In this document: positions 61,051 through 64,000 of the stretch, in pieces | Layout of the letters: each line of letters opens with the position of its first letter | How positions within the stretch are numbered: the stretch's first letter is position 1 | From: an uncultured Pseudomonadota bacterium | GTDB lineage: Bacteria > Pseudomonadota > Alphaproteobacteria > Rs-D84 | Length of the DNA: 64,000 nt | Assembly (NCBI GenBank): GCA_902795435.1 | Contig: CADBLE010000005.1 | Location: forward strand, 2,758 to 66,757 | Direction of reading: 5' to 3' | The notes under the pieces: generated by a model | The model's input: the letters and a program-made list of their open reading frames with translations, nothing else | Told to the model about the DNA's origin: nothing | Databases searched by the model: none | Made by a program: the position numbers and the translations under genes

Positions 61051-61512
61051 ATGATTTCTTATATATTTTTTTCTTTACTTCTTATCGGGGCAATATTTTG
61101 TGCATATCGTATGGCCGAAACAGATTTCAAACGCAGAATTATCCCAGATGTCTATTTATTCCCATTTTTATTTGCAGGTTTATTGGTCACAACATTTTTC
61201 ACATGGCCAATAACATCTGCCGACGCAATCATAGGCGGTGCAACTGGATACTGTTTGGGGTTGGTTGTCGGTTTTGTTTTTGAAAGAATAAAAAAAGACG
61301 AAAAATACCCACCAATCGGTATGGGCGACATAAAATTGTTAGGTGCAGGCGGAATATGGCTGGGCACAATAGGGTTAGCAATCGCAATGGCTATATCATG
61401 TGTTTTATCGTACATTTGGGGATTTTCTAAAAAAGAAAAATATGTTCCTTTTGCACCTTTCTTTTTAATTGGTGGATTTTTGTCTTTAATTATAATTCAA
61501 TTTTTGTTATAA
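61051..61512 (+). CDS. A24 family prepilin peptidase (CpaA/TadV-like, no methyltransferase domain)
   Basis: Polytopic membrane protein of 153 aa from ATG 61051 (SD GAGGGA) with both catalytic Asp motifs (RRIIPD and GMGDIKLLGAGG). Confidence 0.8.
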   Translation: MISYIFFSLLLIGAIFCAYRMAETDFKRRIIPDVYLFPFLFAGLLVTTFFTWPITSADAIIGGATGYCLGLVVGFVFERIKKDEKYPPIGMGDIKLLGAGGIWLGTIGLAIAMAISCVLSYIWGFSKKEKYVPFAPFFLIGGFLSLIIIQFLL

Positions 61513-61529
61513 TTGGTAAGAAAGGAAAG

Positions 61530-62399
61530 ATGAAAGCGAGATATTTAAGATTTTTGTTATCTTTTGTATTGGGCGGATTTTACGCATTTTCTGGTAATGC
61601 CGCATCATCTATTTTTTCTAATTATGGTCAAATACAAAATGTTCAAAATTATTCTACAAACCCATTTTGGACGCCAAGTTCCCCTTATAATCAACGTCTG
61701 CCACAACCTGTTTATGTTCAGGGTGCAGATTTAACCGCAGAAGATTGTTTCAAGGTGGTTCAATCTTTGGTTTCTGTTCAATGTATGGCGCGCGATAACT
61801 GCAAAGAAACATCTTTGGCGGATATACGTCCTGCTATAATGGTTCAATTATCTAATCTGCCGGGTGCAAATTATGTTTCCGCATGTTCTGGATACATAGA
61901 TGGTGTGTATGAATCTTATGTTTCACAATTTGGAAATAATGTTCCGAATCGCCAGGTGGCTTTCCCAACGGCAACCGCACCAAACCAGAATCTAAACAAT
62001 AACAACAATGTTATTCCAATAAAAAATCCGTATGAGGTTAAAACCCCACAATGGCAACAAGAGATAAATGAACGAACGCAGGAATTACAAGAATTACAAC
62101 GTCAAAATGGTGCGGGCAGCGAACAACTGTCCGCAACTGCTTTCCCAGAAACATATTCAGATTTGTCTTTTACAGAACGTATGGAAAATGCAAGACAGGG
62201 CTATGAACCATTTGCTGGGAAACACGCGTATGTAATACCAAAATTTCAAACGGAAGAAGAATGGTGTTCATCAAACACAAATGCTCCTGAATGCAAGGGA
62301 TATAAAGCACGCCAGGAAGCAATTGAAGCAGCCAAAAGAAAACAAGACGATCCTACAACAACCAGCATAGAAAACGGCAGAACGGTATTCACAATATGA
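61530..62399 (+). CDS. secreted hypothetical protein (289 aa)
   Basis: Signal peptide LRFLLSFVLGGFYAFSGNA. It has Cys pairs and a Q/N-rich middle, and its stop overlaps the next start (ATGA). Confidence 0.7.
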   Translation: MKARYLRFLLSFVLGGFYAFSGNAASSIFSNYGQIQNVQNYSTNPFWTPSSPYNQRLPQPVYVQGADLTAEDCFKVVQSLVSVQCMARDNCKETSLADIRPAIMVQLSNLPGANYVSACSGYIDGVYESYVSQFGNNVPNRQVAFPTATAPNQNLNNNNNVIPIKNPYEVKTPQWQQEINERTQELQELQRQNGAGSEQLSATAFPETYSDLSFTERMENARQGYEPFAGKHAYVIPKFQTEEEWCSSNTNAPECKGYKARQEAIEAAKRKQDDPTTTSIENGRTVFTI

Positions 62400-63433
62400 A
62401 AAAATTATTATGTTTAATCTTTTCTATTTTGTTTGTTATGAACGCTAATGCGGCGGATAGTGCATTGGAAAAATGCTTGAAAAAAATCACCGCAGATGAA
62501 GTAAATTGGAATAACGGTATATCCCAAATTTTTGGTAATACAGATTTAGACGAATCAAATGTTGAAGTAAATAAATCTAAAATTTACGATTTGTTAACTA
62601 ACAGATTTGAAAGTTTGTGTGGCACAGAACTTATGGCCATCGCAAAAACATCCGCAGAACGTGGTCAAATAAATTTCAAACATAATAACAAAGATTATGC
62701 TTTTAATTTCAGTGTTGATAAACTATTCGATAATTTCGGTATTCAAACGGGTATATTGGTTATAAACAAAAGAAATTTACACACAAACGAAATATTAGAG
62801 AAAGATTCTCTGCCAAAAAGCACTTCCAAAACCAACCCGTACAGATTTTTCTCTGACGAATGTTCTGACCACGCAATATGGGATAATCTTGATGATGACG
62901 CTGCTGTAAATCAGGCAGGCCAGGCAATATTTACTGAATATGGCGGTTCAGCAAATGAATTTTTCATTGATTTTGCTGTTGGAGATGATAATCGTGCATT
63001 CCCTGGTTTGATAATTGAAGATGTGACTTATTCAACAGAAGAAAGGGTTGTTTCATATACTAATCTTAAAACCGCTATTGAACGCACCAGACAATTTGCA
63101 AATAAATTAAAGGGTGGCAGTTGTTCCAACCAGCAATTATCTGTATATTTGGTTGCGTTAAATGTGCAAAAACAAACACAAAACACCTCATCACAAAGTG
63201 CAGGGTGGCGTGATGCAACAGCGACTTCGACAGGTATAGCGGCTGGCGTAGGGGCAGGTACAGCCATAGCATCAAGCCTTGGCCTAATTGCCGCAGGAAG
63301 TGCCACTATCCCAGTAGCAGGTTGGATTGTTGCGGGTGTTGCGGGTGTTGCTGCTATTGGTTTTGCATTATGGCCAACTAATATCGCAAATATTGAACGT
63401 GTTATGATTTTAGACGGTCCTTACGATTTATAA
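62396..63433 (+). CDS. secreted hypothetical protein with Gly/Ala-rich C-terminal membrane segments (345 aa)
   Basis: Signal peptide LLCLIFSILFVMNANA. The C-terminus is STGIAAGVGAGTAIASSLGLIAAGSATIPVAGWIVAGVAGVAAIGFALW (glycine-zipper-like). Confidence 0.7.
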   Translation: MKKLLCLIFSILFVMNANAADSALEKCLKKITADEVNWNNGISQIFGNTDLDESNVEVNKSKIYDLLTNRFESLCGTELMAIAKTSAERGQINFKHNNKDYAFNFSVDKLFDNFGIQTGILVINKRNLHTNEILEKDSLPKSTSKTNPYRFFSDECSDHAIWDNLDDDAAVNQAGQAIFTEYGGSANEFFIDFAVGDDNRAFPGLIIEDVTYSTEERVVSYTNLKTAIERTRQFANKLKGGSCSNQQLSVYLVALNVQKQTQNTSSQSAGWRDATATSTGIAAGVGAGTAIASSLGLIAAGSATIPVAGWIVAGVAGVAAIGFALWPTNIANIERVMILDGPYDL

Positions 63434-63441
63434 TTTCATAA

Positions 63442-64000
63442 ATGGAAGAGAGAAAATTGTTGCGCAAAATCATATTTTTTCTTGCTTGTTTTTTTGTGTA
63501 TGGCGCATCCGCACAGACAATTGATGAAATCGGCACAAACCCTGATTTAAAAACCTCAGAAGAATTATTAGCAGAATACAGAAGCACCCATTCAACAAAT
63601 TGTGCAAATGAAATTTTTTCCAATGCTTTGCAAAAACATTCAAACGAAATAAATTCTGAAACCGAAGAAGAAAAAGTAAAATTTTGGGCACAAACCACCA
63701 TGCAAGACCCCGAAGTTTTGGAACGCATTTTAAATTGTCCAGAATTACAATCTATTCAAGAAACAACCACTATTATTTTTGACCCGATTGTTTATAATTT
63801 TCCAGACAGCGACCGTCAAATCACTATAAACTATTCAACCCAGCCAAAAGTATTGAAACAACACATTACTTTGTCTCGCAAACGCAGTTTACCAAACGGA
63901 GAAGTCAGCCCAAATTTAGAAAACATTGAAGATGGTTCTAAATATATTTATACAGAGCCTGCATGGTATGGTATTTTGGTCGTTCAACATGATTCTTTGT
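63442..64000 (+). CDS. secreted hypothetical protein, 3-prime partial at window end
   Basis: Not in the ORF track because it is open at the window edge. ATG 63442 gives MEERKLLRKIIFFLACFFVYGASAQT..., which stays open through position 64000. Confidence 0.6.
   Translation, partial: MEERKLLRKIIFFLACFFVYGASAQTIDEIGTNPDLKTSEELLAEYRSTHSTNCANEIFSNALQKHSNEINSETEEEKVKFWAQTTMQDPEVLERILNCPELQSIQETTTIIFDPIVYNFPDSDRQITINYSTQPKVLKQHITLSRKRSLPNGEVSPNLENIEDGSKYIYTEPAWYGILVVQHDSL

Noticed and set aside
1-64000. tRNA/rRNA genes, transposases, integrases, phage genes, and an alternative genetic code.
   Set aside because: Reading all intergenic regions longer than 60 nt revealed no cloverleaf-like or rRNA-like sequence. 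No ORF resembles a transposase or integrase. Conserved genes translate full-length with the standard code, so no stop-codon reassignment needs to be invoked.

Overview
AT-rich (about one-third G+C by eye, not computed) bacterial chromosomal segment using the standard genetic code. It is most likely from a reduced alphaproteobacterium: a GcrA cell-cycle regulator is present, along with ruvB-ybgC-tolQ-tolR-tolA synteny. Housekeeping genes recognised from their translations are rsmH, dnaE, secA, ruvB, ybgC, tolQRA, an OmpR/EnvZ-like two-component pair, argS, rplM-rpsI, tig, thyA, rpsA, an adenylate-kinase-family gene, corA, acpS and gcrA. An RNase P RNA (rnpB) lies at about 37871-38179. Nearly every transcription unit ends in a clear A-run/GC-hairpin/T-run terminator. 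The dominant feature is a 26.5 kb minus-strand locus (11347-37837, about 41% of the window) of three tandem giant ORFs of 1703, 2594 and 4353 aa. Each has a signal peptide and is a mosaic of five module types: Listeria-Bacteroides-type repeats (GY.F.GW ... LYA.W), BspA/DUF285-like cassettes with a 26-residue repeat, eukaryote-like cysteine-rich modules (C..GYY...C..C..G.YC), a recurrent apparently undescribed G..C[WY]C cysteine module (8 copies), and a conserved 75-aa C-terminal domain shared by two of the three proteins. Inside the largest gene, a roughly 150-nt patch of about 61% GC with different synonymous codon usage stands out sharply. Other unexplained items are a strongly SD-equipped 71-aa divergent ORF between the giant genes, a CxxC membrane protein with a partner and a Cys-rich secreted protein downstream of rsmH, tandem paralogous orphan genes behind a near-consensus promoter, an acidic 694-aa bitopic protein, and a prepilin-peptidase-led cluster of secreted proteins with no recognisable pilin. 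I found no tRNA, rRNA, CRISPR array, transposase, integrase or reverse transcriptase. All family assignments come from reading the translations, not from database searches.
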